The position numbers were made by a program, and so were the translations under genes. From assembly GCA_000433675.1 (NCBI GenBank), contig FR893565.1, positions 55 through 64,054 of the forward strand: DNA of 64,000 nucleotides, written 5' to 3'. Origin of the DNA: Clostridium sp. CAG:433 (GTDB lineage Bacteria > Bacillota_I > Bacilli_A > RF39 > UBA660). A model generated the notes under the pieces. The model did not search any database. It was not told the DNA's origin and was given only the letters and a program-made list of their open reading frames with translations. Shown here piece after piece: positions 20,001-26,391 of this stretch (positions are counted from its first letter, which is position 1; each line of letters starts with the position of its first letter).

Positions 20001-22447
20001 CCTTGATCTATAAAATTAACGTTATATTCATTTATATTATATACCGCATATAATGTTATACCTTCAGTTATTAATGTATTAAAATCAAATTCTTCTCCAT
20101 CTTGTGTAGTTGACCAATATTTAAATGTATAACCTATTTTTCCTTGGCTTTCTATTTTTTCAACTTTATTATTATAATCTACCTTTTTAGTTGTTATTCT
20201 ATTTTCATCATTAAATATTACTGCATTTTTTATGATTTCATATTTTGAATATAATTTTTTATTTTCTTTTATTTTAGTTGTAAAATCAAAATTTTTGTTA
20301 TTTTCTATCCATCCTGTAAATGTATATCCTGTCTTGATTACAGTAGGAACTTCATTACTATTTATTGTATTATCATAGTCTACTTTTATTGTTTTTATTA
20401 GTTTATTACTATCATAGAACTCTACATTATATTTATTTATTTCATATACTGAATATAATGTTAAATTTCTTGTTATAGGTAAATTTAAATTATATTCTTT
20501 CCCATTCTCTTTTTTCGACCAATATTTAAACGTATAGCCTTCCATTGATACCTTTGGTGCGATTACTAGTGATCCTGCTTCTAGTTCTTGTTTATCTATT
20601 TCTTTTCCTTTATCAATAAAAGTTACTGTATATTTATTAATATCGTACACTGAATAAAGTGTTATATCTTTTGTTACTTTTGTACTTAAATCATAACTAT
20701 CACCATTTTCTTCTAGCGACCAATATTTAAATGTATAATATTCTTTTGATGGACTTGTTGGAACTTTTATATTTTCTCCATATTCAATTTCTTGTTCATC
20801 ATATTTTTCTTTTTCATTTATAAATGTTACTGTATATTTATTTATTTCATATACTGAATAAAGAGTAATATCTTTTGTTACTTTTGTGCTCAAATCATAT
20901 TCTTTTCCATTTGGTTCTTCTGACCAATATTTAAATGTATATCCTTCTTTTGATACCTTTGGAGCATTTAAACTTCCATTTTCTTTTACTTTTTCTGTTT
21001 TAACTATTTTTTCATTATCTACATATGTTACTGTATATTCTTTTATATCTTCTGTTTGTCCATATAATACCAAATCTTTTGTTACTTCATTATTAAAGTT
21101 ATATTTATTTGTATATTTCTTATCTGTATACCATCCTTTGAAGTTTTTATTATCTACTTTTGGTTCTTTTATTTTTTCTCCTTCTAGTACTGTATCTTCT
21201 TTATATGTTTTTCCATCTAAGATATATACTACATTTTCATATATTTCTCCTTTCGCGGTTACTTTGTTTATATATGTCTTTGCTTCACTTGTACTTTCTA
21301 TATCAAGTGTTAAGCCTTCTTCTCTTTTTTCTCCTGCATTTAATGTTATTCCTTCTAAGCTTCTGTTATATAAAACTCCATTCTTTTCTTCCCATGATGT
21401 ATTCTTTTCTTTATTAAATGTTAAGCCTTCTGGTACTTCATCTTTTACTACTGTTACTACTCCTGATTTCTTTCCTGTATTTTGAACAGTTATTTTATAT
21501 TTTACTTCACCAGTCATATTTTTAACATTTCTTAAAGCTTGTTGTACTTTATCTAAGTTTCCATATTTATATGTTGTTGTTTTTCCACCATTTACTATTG
21601 TCATTTCTGTTATTTGTTTTTTTAATTCTATTTTATATGGCGTTACTTCTTTTACTACTATATTTAATTTTGATGATCCTGATATATTTACTTTTTCTTC
21701 ACTTACTTTTTCATATATATCTTCATCAATTTCTAAATTGTATTCTCCTTCTTCTATATCACTAAATACATAATTACCATTTTCGTCTGTATATGTTTTC
21801 TTTATTATTTCTCCATCTTTTTTAAGAGCTAATTCTATATTTGATACATTCATTGATTGTTTATCTTGTACATTTCCTGTTAAACTGTTATTTTTTACTT
21901 CTACATTTTGTACATTTAAATTTGTATATTTTTCTTCACTTACTTCTTTTATTTTGATTTTAGGAGTTGCTTTATATCCATTTGGCGCACCCTCTAATTT
22001 CATAACAAGTTTTAATTCATTTTCTTTATTTACCTTTGCATTTTTTACTGTTATCTTTATATTTTTTCTGTTTTCAGAAACAGTACTTGTCACATCACCA
22101 TTTGTTATATCTTTGAAACTTGCATATTTTTCATTATCATCTAAACTAGCTTCAATTATAACATCTCTTTCTTTTATATTTTCATCAGTTGATAATGAAT
22201 ATTTAATTACATAGTCTATTTCATCATAACCCTTGCTTGTAATTAAATTATCTACTGCTGCTTCATTTATATTCGCACTTAAAGAAGACGTAACATTATT
22301 TATTACAGCCTTAGATACTTTTACCTTTCCTTTATCAAAATCCATATTCCCTATTTTTAATATTCCTACGATTGCTCCTACAACTACTATCATCATCATC
22401 AAAGCAACATATTTTCTTGTTCTTAACTCTTTTAATTTCATATACAA
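8096..22447 (-). CDS. Giant (4783 aa) multi-domain cell-surface protein/adhesin
   Basis: N-terminal signal/TM segment. Cna-B/SdrD-like motif (DENGNYVFSDIEEGEYNL). TIGR01451/DUF11-like motif (YKITVQNTGKKSGVVTVVKDEVPEGL). Ten Listeria-Bacteroides (Flg_new) repeats of about 70 aa with the GYTFKYWS...TKDITLYSVY pattern. A central Cys/Trp-containing globular module of about 330 aa. Four PPC-like beta-sandwich modules ending in KG.xYY.xF.Y. About four Asn/Gly/Thr-rich parallel beta-helix modules, each closing with a (F/L)xFYDG(I/K/M)(I/L) motif. A C-terminal hydrophobic segment followed by the basic tail KEQRKLSRKV, with no LPXTG. The probable true start is the ATG two codons inside the track TTG, with GGAGAG at 8 nt. 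Confidence 0.85.
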   Translation of the reverse strand: MYMKLKELRTRKYVALMMMIVVVGAIVGILKIGNMDFDKGKVKVSKAVINNVTSSLSANINEAAVDNLITSKGYDEIDYVIKYSLSTDENIKERDVIIEASLDDNEKYASFKDITNGDVTSTVSENRKNIKITVKNAKVNKENELKLVMKLEGAPNGYKATPKIKIKEVSEEKYTNLNVQNVEVKNNSLTGNVQDKQSMNVSNIELALKKDGEIIKKTYTDENGNYVFSDIEEGEYNLEIDEDIYEKVSEEKVNISGSSKLNIVVKEVTPYKIELKKQITEMTIVNGGKTTTYKYGNLDKVQQALRNVKNMTGEVKYKITVQNTGKKSGVVTVVKDEVPEGLTFNKEKNTSWEEKNGVLYNRSLEGITLNAGEKREEGLTLDIESTSEAKTYINKVTAKGEIYENVVYILDGKTYKEDTVLEGEKIKEPKVDNKNFKGWYTDKKYTNKYNFNNEVTKDLVLYGQTEDIKEYTVTYVDNEKIVKTEKVKENGSLNAPKVSKEGYTFKYWSEEPNGKEYDLSTKVTKDITLYSVYEINKYTVTFINEKEKYDEQEIEYGENIKVPTSPSKEYYTFKYWSLEENGDSYDLSTKVTKDITLYSVYDINKYTVTFIDKGKEIDKQELEAGSLVIAPKVSMEGYTFKYWSKKENGKEYNLNLPITRNLTLYSVYEINKYNVEFYDSNKLIKTIKVDYDNTINSNEVPTVIKTGYTFTGWIENNKNFDFTTKIKENKKLYSKYEIIKNAVIFNDENRITTKKVDYNNKVEKIESQGKIGYTFKYWSTTQDGEEFDFNTLITEGITLYAVYNINEYNVNFIDQGNAYGDTQKVKYNKIAVKPETDPIKEGYTFKYWSLDENGVAYDFNTKITKDTTLYSVYSVNSYKVSFVDNGTKYIEDETIEYNKVALKPETDPSKEGHTFKYWSLEENGVAYDFNAKITKDITLYSVYSVNNYKVSFIDNGTKYIEDETIEYNKAAIKPETDPSKVGHTFKYWSLGENGTAYDFSTKITKDTTLYSVYEANEYTVKFMDGDNLFKQEQVKYGLKATKPSENPTKEHNLFKTWTLNDKEYDFNLPVIDNMILRSSYEEIEKPSISHVPTEWTNNKVTVTITSSHEDYKYLYKIDTGEYKEYTGPFDIDYNCTVVAKSVKENVDSITESHDITNIDKIKPIINSLNETNVSGTSFDINVSTIDNESGMKQIHIYKDDLLETTIVYTENYNEEKNSTYTFNDLISGNDYKIKVIAEDVAGNLSEAKEITVKTEEKIVARIIGRENKLFEDENLYENFSSLERAIKACPSNQCTIEMVTDTKESVEVLEGQDITLNINGKTITGVKDTYTINNGGNLIIKDNAEEAGSIVNNAGVALKNETTGVLTLGELEDELVVSTTKPYINGGTFGVVNEYIDKNTKGRFNFYDGMIAGNIAIEGEVNDKPYLYNASVVTSDNRQVATLKILEDAEARIVRTGVYYTKIDKAVEDTNSGTLSEPTTTNTNLMQGFSNVDDTGFTYDSETNTLSSEPGKSVKAYTVIDLTGYENDQYLFISSDAIDTYYGNFEVIVRENDAYGNNISQTKTTDDTTKRDNYKFYLTKGKKYYIRLDYTTYSQNETNMVTIYDMFFQKINKYDVDENTEFETISSSYGFEYDKTTRTLKSNNQYMQNTTAFSYIEVDLTNETEDKEVIINASLDTLYYGNYGNIVINEDNSKLSSASYSALGYMYVNSSSQHNIGPYNYSQTLKKGKKYYLQFYYFKGYDNYSEPDYTYNNSKDQFIINSIDVVGIGDKENIDLSTSLRTNYYGIDSYDSSYDRYSISSNAPYGEKFDSYVKIDLTESKTDKIIDFNLALNSYSSIYITSNNKDSKKELIINNMNNTLLSFFSNYSYYINGNSNYYDFRDYKYVLPKGSVYYVHFASYNPEGKPHPYIKNISLIPVTDNIINIGTLPHLKGTIDDSNKSNLPYVTDDGTADSNFRFIGKDTKNYVKFNNELWRVIGIFNTTDADGNYAKRVKLVRNDSIGSNIVWDSSSSKVNNGYGVNEWSQAAVMKLLNPGYENNKVLHDSGSEIVTNNSLYWNKKSGKCLNSGGLSTTFCDFTSIGLNDSAKSMIDSVLWNTGAISNDTQNLTPYQMYTYERGDKNGKTDFDSSSYPTTDLVDRTTTWFGKVGLPYPSDYIMASGDGSGNDRSKCMSSNSNVYGDCSSNNNWMGVNLSSPLMTMSPIYGASFPSFTAAMITALYTMPAANNYYVLKPTVYLNPKVKITSGSGTQNDPFNIELGEEENTTLYYGLVPDLIKEDVKEEETEINDEDETLDYIYVKNEPAYGFTYNSEKGVFTNENKGIANTTAISYIKIDLTNATSDMPIDINYNISKNDNYSMGFINLMKNDLTKINYNNSSSYSKDSLLVTSNKSSSGTISKVLEKGNIYYLQFAYEKDGNLPVSDTNADSFEIGITYLNDDDKTNDYIRYDGVTTTLNKEVDTVQLIKDLNISNSLQIESTKSVELDLNGHTLTTTSSDPVITNNGSLKVTDSKYVPTYANRIEDFNSQISDFKTVKYDTSDFSIFCNNSTSTKKCSYNSFSYGNISISSRETYMNSTFSNYKINFDSKYKSIVGTITLPKASSSFGYVTIGLSSDKNVNESSFDVQKRFVRTSTAAQTFNFELKPTKIGEYYLKICLPRTQISLRINEINSKIDIPTLSDSDYVSSIYSSASSAIKNNEGAYLSVEKTLVYTKDNSTSSSGVDNYGKLSIGNGGYVRAYAYGVNNRETGEIVEGSGTIASTSNYSLYTKSIKKNNIKGYTFVGGSIYNQSNSDLTLDNVIIRDYNYSSAIIDSSIYKLTINNSSIIVPSSTSSYAFKLSEKGMLEINNSNIYGSQAIDNGIKNSYSMGKKDIKINNSYIEGTVSSNTNKKVEINNSTLGDIYNGSSTIDIKDSTINSIDFNSCTLNMDNVIIQSMSLFENSNSTVTMKNMDMVNTKIENSKNMTIEENVTAMNITNYADGEFKYNNSKINGILSNRGNANINNTQFADGTIQNLGILTAENTTMTSTKSNLTAVTNEGTLNLNDGFKILNYKKGIYGKGSTINLGSDDETVSSDNIIIDTIDYSIETINESIVNYYDGTLISDNEEVINTSINLVPNGYDVDYSNTNDINKISLNKIIDKDYVAQIGETKYKTLSEAIENVNGDNNQTKIKIIKDIYTVLNSTVDSNKNIELNLDDKKIVYYKKQNPLIVNNGTLKLKTSDSSSEISRVYGESLLENNGTLENNGINLKCYYSNINTFINNGNMNFNSGSIVHNFSGNYKTSKPMRFITNNSKLNVSGGTFSIRNISNDTDNIIYTSSDATTNINDGNFEVGYIAVYSDGITNITGGTFKTSYAIKTSANGNVDVSGGNYSEANNLIYNSGIAKIHDLNSSLKYIGTNDNSIEFTNNVFSTNNYNVFTNNGNSAIFNNNNITSTSMVTSTYGILNFKKGNVIVNGGKYVAACVPFQLTGTANITVTGSNVSSSGNSAIYSTTTGDVNIISGTYTSADGIAIRNTSENTITFGIKGDTNDDGSLNVSISNPEITGTTAGIKTGSKTVFKFYDGIFTGTTPIDGNVYDTEDEYTVIQVDNSKYLHKDEKETMVARNVDTEKEYSTLQKAIDEATDGNTIQVISEISTLASAEATVVPEGLNVTIDVNGYKINENNALFLSNLGELTITNSNYNETTPSIDDGGIYNTGGSNVIDNSGILKLNKIYIESTVECEMISNKVNGELNIKESILYNSYGKTSSNSVIFNSGTATVDSIKINTSGKSITNNGTINISNSQIRSSDALTNNGILVSENDNITGPITNSSTFTANNITIPSSSTITNTKDFTLNKGTIEYVGLIKNESNMNITGVTITSSSYGCIIKNYGSNSPILNISNSNITSKYYDMADDELHSLDILTGQLILNNTNITRDPRFSNQTTTDSDATEFGLIRTYDAKSVEIIGGIFNFKFGKFLTVINPETTVKVDGATINTYNGIFMQSKHVGNTINLKNVEMKNQKYNILNCNSYYSSVNCGKFSPKFSSYSGGLKLSIEGGNYSGAVDTVILSDYDNITLNNTEIDGNIKGYQSGVSITSSTVKNIIGVSRVTMESGKITSIYDMYSYTSTPTVIIKSGTVTGSISPMKNQGDINVTLGIKGDSNVSTTDPMISGRITATYLNLYFYDGIVKKNISKPIEVEDGYNVKVSTDGYYLVDTPVIKNTTSNKEYNNIRSAVNEISNNDTLQLLDNVWIYTNKIDGGIVNENMNMTFDINGKNIYTSNIPFINNGSVTMIDNVSSGKIDYESPIENNGTMEITGGDFAVTNNGNINNNGGTISGTNSSSGIFTQNSGIMNSFENSGTVNVTGGTVSGLTNNKITNITGGILSKIINTGQLKIQNATAKGFVLNNNSGSSIIDTLSGTAYISNNSTLTVSNSTLNSVNSSNRVFNNRYKGTLNITSGNYTSGSTECIYNDEGVLNIGEKGGVISITSPVIQGSKYAVNNAGTFNLYDGKLIGGTAPVSGTITEIEPGYKLSISDDTTNNTKVGYLVVIADDERVAMVNGINFTSLQTAINSVKDNTESNIVIYKDIELTEDIIVPENKIINLYLNGHTITYGDYSFVKNGTLTIIDSAPSESIGASIINTIEKVLNINQNGKNIIVYEMSDGSKLSTENTYNLYKKVDNEYKLLNMEKDEEVGRYITGSNNSEMTSIKGRIYLNNLEEGSYKLVSSDNKDIEFTITEDGKVNGNILENTNEKRKVIESALAYLIITIQTGVNQIKYIIYIVAMVSIILGLYFAFKEQRKLSRKV
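19350..20000 (-). repeat. Near-identical 210-nt tandem DNA repeats inside the giant adhesin gene, encoding Listeria-Bacteroides repeats 7-9
   Basis: Blocks starting at about 19561 and 19771 are more than 90% identical over about 200 nt, and a third copy follows. The period is 210 nt, or 70 aa. Confidence 0.7.
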
Positions 22448-22520
22448 ACTCTCCTATTTTTACATCTACATTAAGTATACCAAATTATGACATTTTTTTC
22501 TATATTTTCCCTTATATTTA

Positions 22521-22555
22521 TTAAAAAAATCAAGATTTTTTAAACCTTGATTTTA
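22521..22555 (-). terminator. Rho-independent terminator after the paralog B gene, upstream of the giant adhesin gene
   Basis: The hairpin AAATCAAG-(11 nt)-CTTGATTT is followed by a T-run on the minus strand. Confidence 0.55.
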
Positions 22556-24415
22556 CTTTGCTAAATATAGTCCGAAATTAGTACCATTTTTGTCTTTCTT
22601 CTTAGCAATTATATATACATTTTTTTCTTTATTTTGATAAATATTTTCAACAGTTGAATTTTTTATTTTTCTTATTTTCATTCCATCAAAATTAACTATT
22701 TTTATATATTTTCCTTTAGTATTATTTAGAAATATCGCACCCTTATATGGCAATATATCACTTGAATTGTTATTCATTAATTCTTCATTTTTTTCTAAAG
22801 AATAATTCTTTGCTTTAAAGTCATCACTATACATTTTTACTTTTTTGTTATCGATATATATTAATGAATCATCACTATTTTTTAAATTTTGTGACATTTT
22901 TACTTTTAGCATTTCATTTCCATTAGAATCTAAAAGTACAGTATTATTCTTTTCATCTTGATATTTATAATATTCTTTATTTTTTATCTTAATTACATTT
23001 GCGCCTGTATTATTCAAACTTTTCTTATCTTTTATAGAATACAATGTTACTGTTTCATTTTTAACAGGCCCAAATACTATTTTTTGTCCTAAAATAAGTA
23101 TTTCATTTTCTGAAATTGATAATTCTTCATTTTTATCATTATATAGAACATACTTTCCTTTATATTTTTCATCTTCTGATTTATTAGAATATTTTATCAT
23201 TTTATACCCATTTTCATATTGTGTATAATTTTGAAGAACAACCTTATCATTTTCATTATAAAATTCTGTTTTTTTATTTTTCATATTAACTACATATAAT
23301 AAATTTTTGCCACATAATTTACTTGAACAAGATACTTCTAAATAGTTGTTATCATTATCTGAATTTAATTTTGTAATCGAAGAATATATATTACCTTCTT
23401 TTGAATCATATGAATATATCTTATTAAATTTTTTATTTTTTAAATCATAAAATCCTAATTCTTTACTTTTTTTATTATCTACAAGGACTACATTTTGATT
23501 AGATTCATATACACTTACTGAATATAAATAATATTCATCATCATTCATATCTTTAGATATATTATTAATTTCTTCTACCTTTGAAAATGATTTATCTAAT
23601 TTTGTTTGTTCACCTTTTGTATTTATTTTATAATCTACTTTTGTACCATTTTCTCTTTTTGAAACAACTAATTCATTGTCAGTAGTTACTGTATAATTTT
23701 CAAAAGAATCACCAATCATTTTGTAATTATTGCAGTCATAATATTGATATACTCCTGTTTTTACATTTTTTGTAACTAAATATAGTGTATTATTTTCACT
23801 ATCAATAACTTCTTTATCAATCTTATATCCATCTAATATTTTATTTTTTACTTCATCATATATTACATATTTATTTTCTGTTACTATTTCAATTATTTTT
23901 TGATCATTATATAAGTTATATTCCGAAATATTTTCGAATAATTTTTCACCTTTATAATTTAAAAGTGTATATTTTTCACCTTTTTCTAATATATATTTTT
24001 GATTTAAGGAAATTAAAGCATTATTTGTTTTATAAAGTTCTTTAAAAGATTTATTAAAAATATAATATTTATCATTTTCACTTATAATAAAATAATCATC
24101 TTTAATAGAAACAATTTGTTTTTTATCTTCTTTTCCATTTTTCACTACATATGATCCAACTTTTTTTACCTTATCATTATATAGTTCTACTGTCTTATCA
24201 CCTTTTTTGTTTTCTTTAGTTGCTTTAATTGATGAACAATTAACATCTACACATGTTATATCGCTATAAACTGGTTTAAGTATATTTCTAACCATTTTAA
24301 TATTTTTAGAAGAAAAGTATTTTACTAAAAACACAATTGCCGCAATTACAAAAATAGAAACAATTACATATATAATTTTATTTATAACATTCTTTTTCAT
24401 TTTTATTTCCTCCAT
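22553..24415 (-). CDS. N-terminally TM-anchored extracellular Lys/Asn/Tyr-rich protein (paralog B). The likely real start is the ATG at 24398-24400.
   Basis: 620 aa (track). Single N-terminal TM helix (VINKIIYVIVSIFVIAAIVFLV). About 35% identical to the upstream paralog and ends with the same ...NFGLYLAK motif. GGAGG sits 8 nt upstream of the second Met. The track start overlaps the upstream stop as TAATG. Confidence 0.6.
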   Translation of the reverse strand: MEEIKMKKNVINKIIYVIVSIFVIAAIVFLVKYFSSKNIKMVRNILKPVYSDITCVDVNCSSIKATKENKKGDKTVELYNDKVKKVGSYVVKNGKEDKKQIVSIKDDYFIISENDKYYIFNKSFKELYKTNNALISLNQKYILEKGEKYTLLNYKGEKLFENISEYNLYNDQKIIEIVTENKYVIYDEVKNKILDGYKIDKEVIDSENNTLYLVTKNVKTGVYQYYDCNNYKMIGDSFENYTVTTDNELVVSKRENGTKVDYKINTKGEQTKLDKSFSKVEEINNISKDMNDDEYYLYSVSVYESNQNVVLVDNKKSKELGFYDLKNKKFNKIYSYDSKEGNIYSSITKLNSDNDNNYLEVSCSSKLCGKNLLYVVNMKNKKTEFYNENDKVVLQNYTQYENGYKMIKYSNKSEDEKYKGKYVLYNDKNEELSISENEILILGQKIVFGPVKNETVTLYSIKDKKSLNNTGANVIKIKNKEYYKYQDEKNNTVLLDSNGNEMLKVKMSQNLKNSDDSLIYIDNKKVKMYSDDFKAKNYSLEKNEELMNNNSSDILPYKGAIFLNNTKGKYIKIVNFDGMKIRKIKNSTVENIYQNKEKNVYIIAKKKDKNGTNFGLYLAK

Positions 24416-26301
24416 TAGTTTGCTAAATAAAGACCAAAATAATCTTTATTATCAATTGTATTTTTAGTAAATATTAGCACATTTGTTTTATCTATTTGTT
24501 TAACACTAACAATTTCAGTATTATTTATCTTCTTTATTACTCTTCCAGTATTTGAAACTATTTTTATGTAATCATTTGCACTATTATTTACAAATAATGT
24601 ATTTCTATATAAAGGTATTAAATCACCTTTTATATCATTTATTTTTTCATTATTTTCTAGATTATATTTATTTTTCTTTGAATTTTGAGCATTAATCATA
24701 ACAACTTTATTATTACTTAAATAGTAAACTAAATCATCACTATATGATAACTTTATATCATCTTTTGTACATTCTATTTTCTTACCCTTACTATTTAAAA
24801 TACATGTTTTATCATCTGTTTTATATTTATACAAAGTATAATTTGAAATACTTACTATCTTTGCTTCTTCATTTTCTTTATTGTAAGTTTTATTTTTCTT
24901 AAATGAATATAATAAAACATCATCCTCTGTTTTATCATTTGTGTATGATATTTCATCATCTACTACAATAATCTGTTTGTTTGAATCAATTACTTTTTTA
25001 TTATTATTGTCATATAAAACATATTTTGAATTGTTGTTATCATCATATTTTACACTTTTATACCCATTTTCGTACGAAGTATAGTTTAAAATAGATAAAT
25101 TATTATCTTTAATATCAAATACTTTTTTCATATTATTTAAATCATAAACTAAGTTTTCATTAGTTTTACAGTTATCTTTTTTGCATGATATTTGGTAAAT
25201 TCCATTTTTATTTACTTCTGTTATATTTGATTTTGAGTTTTCTTTTGAATAATCATATAATTTTTTATATTTATTATCTTTTACATTATATATACCAAAA
25301 GTATTGTCATCTTTTTTATTTACAAATACATTATTTTGATTTTCTTTATATACTGAATTATCATACACATAATATTTTGAACTATCTATAAGCATTTTTA
25401 TATCATTCACATATTTTTGTGTATTTTTTTCTGTATATTTCTTTTGGTTACCATTTTTATCTAAAATGTATTTACTTAATACGTTATTTTTTACTTTTGT
25501 AATTATTAAATTACCTTTATTATCTTTTTCACTAAAGTTTTGAAAATTATCACCAATTATTTCTTTTTTATCTACATCAAAGTAATAAAATAAATTATTT
25601 TTTACATCTTTAATTACTAAATATAGTGTATCACCATCATTATTTTTTACTTCTTTTGATACAGTATAATCTTCAAGAATTTTTTCTCCCTTGTTATCTA
25701 ATATAACACTAGTATTATTTACATTTATTAATACTATTTTGTCATTATTAAATGTTTTAGCGCTATCAATATTAGAATATTTTTCTTTACCATCTTTTGT
25801 TATAATCTCATAACCACCCTGTTTTTTCATTAATAGTAAATTATCTGTTAAATATTTTAATTCATTACTAGTACTATATTTTTTATTATCTTTTAAATCT
25901 GTTAAATAATATCCTGTTATATCATTATTACTTCTATTAACTTTTTTAAATATTAAATAATTTTCTGAAACTTCATTTATTTCATTTGATGTTTTTGAAT
26001 TACTATTAAAAGTTTCTTTATAACTTGATATTTTTTTACCATTATAATTATAAATATATTTTTTTGATGTTTTACTTTCATCACCACTTGATACGATTAT
26101 ATAATCACATTTTTCACTTATACATTTTACATCATAATATTTTTCATCAAATATCTTATTTACTTTTGTTATACCATCTATTTTTTTATTTGTTAAAATT
26201 AAATACACCATTAAAACAATTATTATTAATGCAACAATAAATAATATTTTTTGTTTTTTGGTCATTGATACTACTTCTTTTTCTTTACTATTTTTACCCA
26301 T
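24415..26301 (-). CDS. N-terminally TM-anchored extracellular Lys/Asn/Tyr-rich protein (paralog A)
   Basis: 628 aa. N-terminal TM helix (ILFIVALIIIVLMVYLIL). AGGAG sits 8 nt upstream of the ATG. Paralogous to the downstream gene; its C-terminus is ...YFGLYLAN. Confidence 0.6.
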   Translation of the reverse strand: MGKNSKEKEVVSMTKKQKILFIVALIIIVLMVYLILTNKKIDGITKVNKIFDEKYYDVKCISEKCDYIIVSSGDESKTSKKYIYNYNGKKISSYKETFNSNSKTSNEINEVSENYLIFKKVNRSNNDITGYYLTDLKDNKKYSTSNELKYLTDNLLLMKKQGGYEIITKDGKEKYSNIDSAKTFNNDKIVLINVNNTSVILDNKGEKILEDYTVSKEVKNNDGDTLYLVIKDVKNNLFYYFDVDKKEIIGDNFQNFSEKDNKGNLIITKVKNNVLSKYILDKNGNQKKYTEKNTQKYVNDIKMLIDSSKYYVYDNSVYKENQNNVFVNKKDDNTFGIYNVKDNKYKKLYDYSKENSKSNITEVNKNGIYQISCKKDNCKTNENLVYDLNNMKKVFDIKDNNLSILNYTSYENGYKSVKYDDNNNSKYVLYDNNNKKVIDSNKQIIVVDDEISYTNDKTEDDVLLYSFKKNKTYNKENEEAKIVSISNYTLYKYKTDDKTCILNSKGKKIECTKDDIKLSYSDDLVYYLSNNKVVMINAQNSKKNKYNLENNEKINDIKGDLIPLYRNTLFVNNSANDYIKIVSNTGRVIKKINNTEIVSVKQIDKTNVLIFTKNTIDNKDYFGLYLAN

Positions 26302-26391
26302 TTTATTACTCCTATTATTATTCTATATATATTATAGAATACATAACTAATTAAGTCAATTAAGCAAAAGAAAAAAAGCTATATAAATAGC

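Noticed and set aside
10959-22490. About 15 plus-strand ORFs of 60-199 aa in the track (e.g. 18784..19251, 20886..21485, 21160..21417), rich in L/F/Y/I/H, lying antisense to the giant adhesin gene
   Set aside because: They are fully nested antisense to a 14-kb ORF with clear domain structure. Their composition is the mirror image of Asn/Thr/Lys-rich codons in an AT-rich genome. They have no SD sequences. These are frame artefacts.
22448-22520. A defined promoter for the giant adhesin gene
   Set aside because: Only weak -35/-10 candidates (TGTCAT / TATACT with wrong spacing) are present. A terminator hairpin lies directly upstream, so a promoter must exist here, but I could not place it convincingly.
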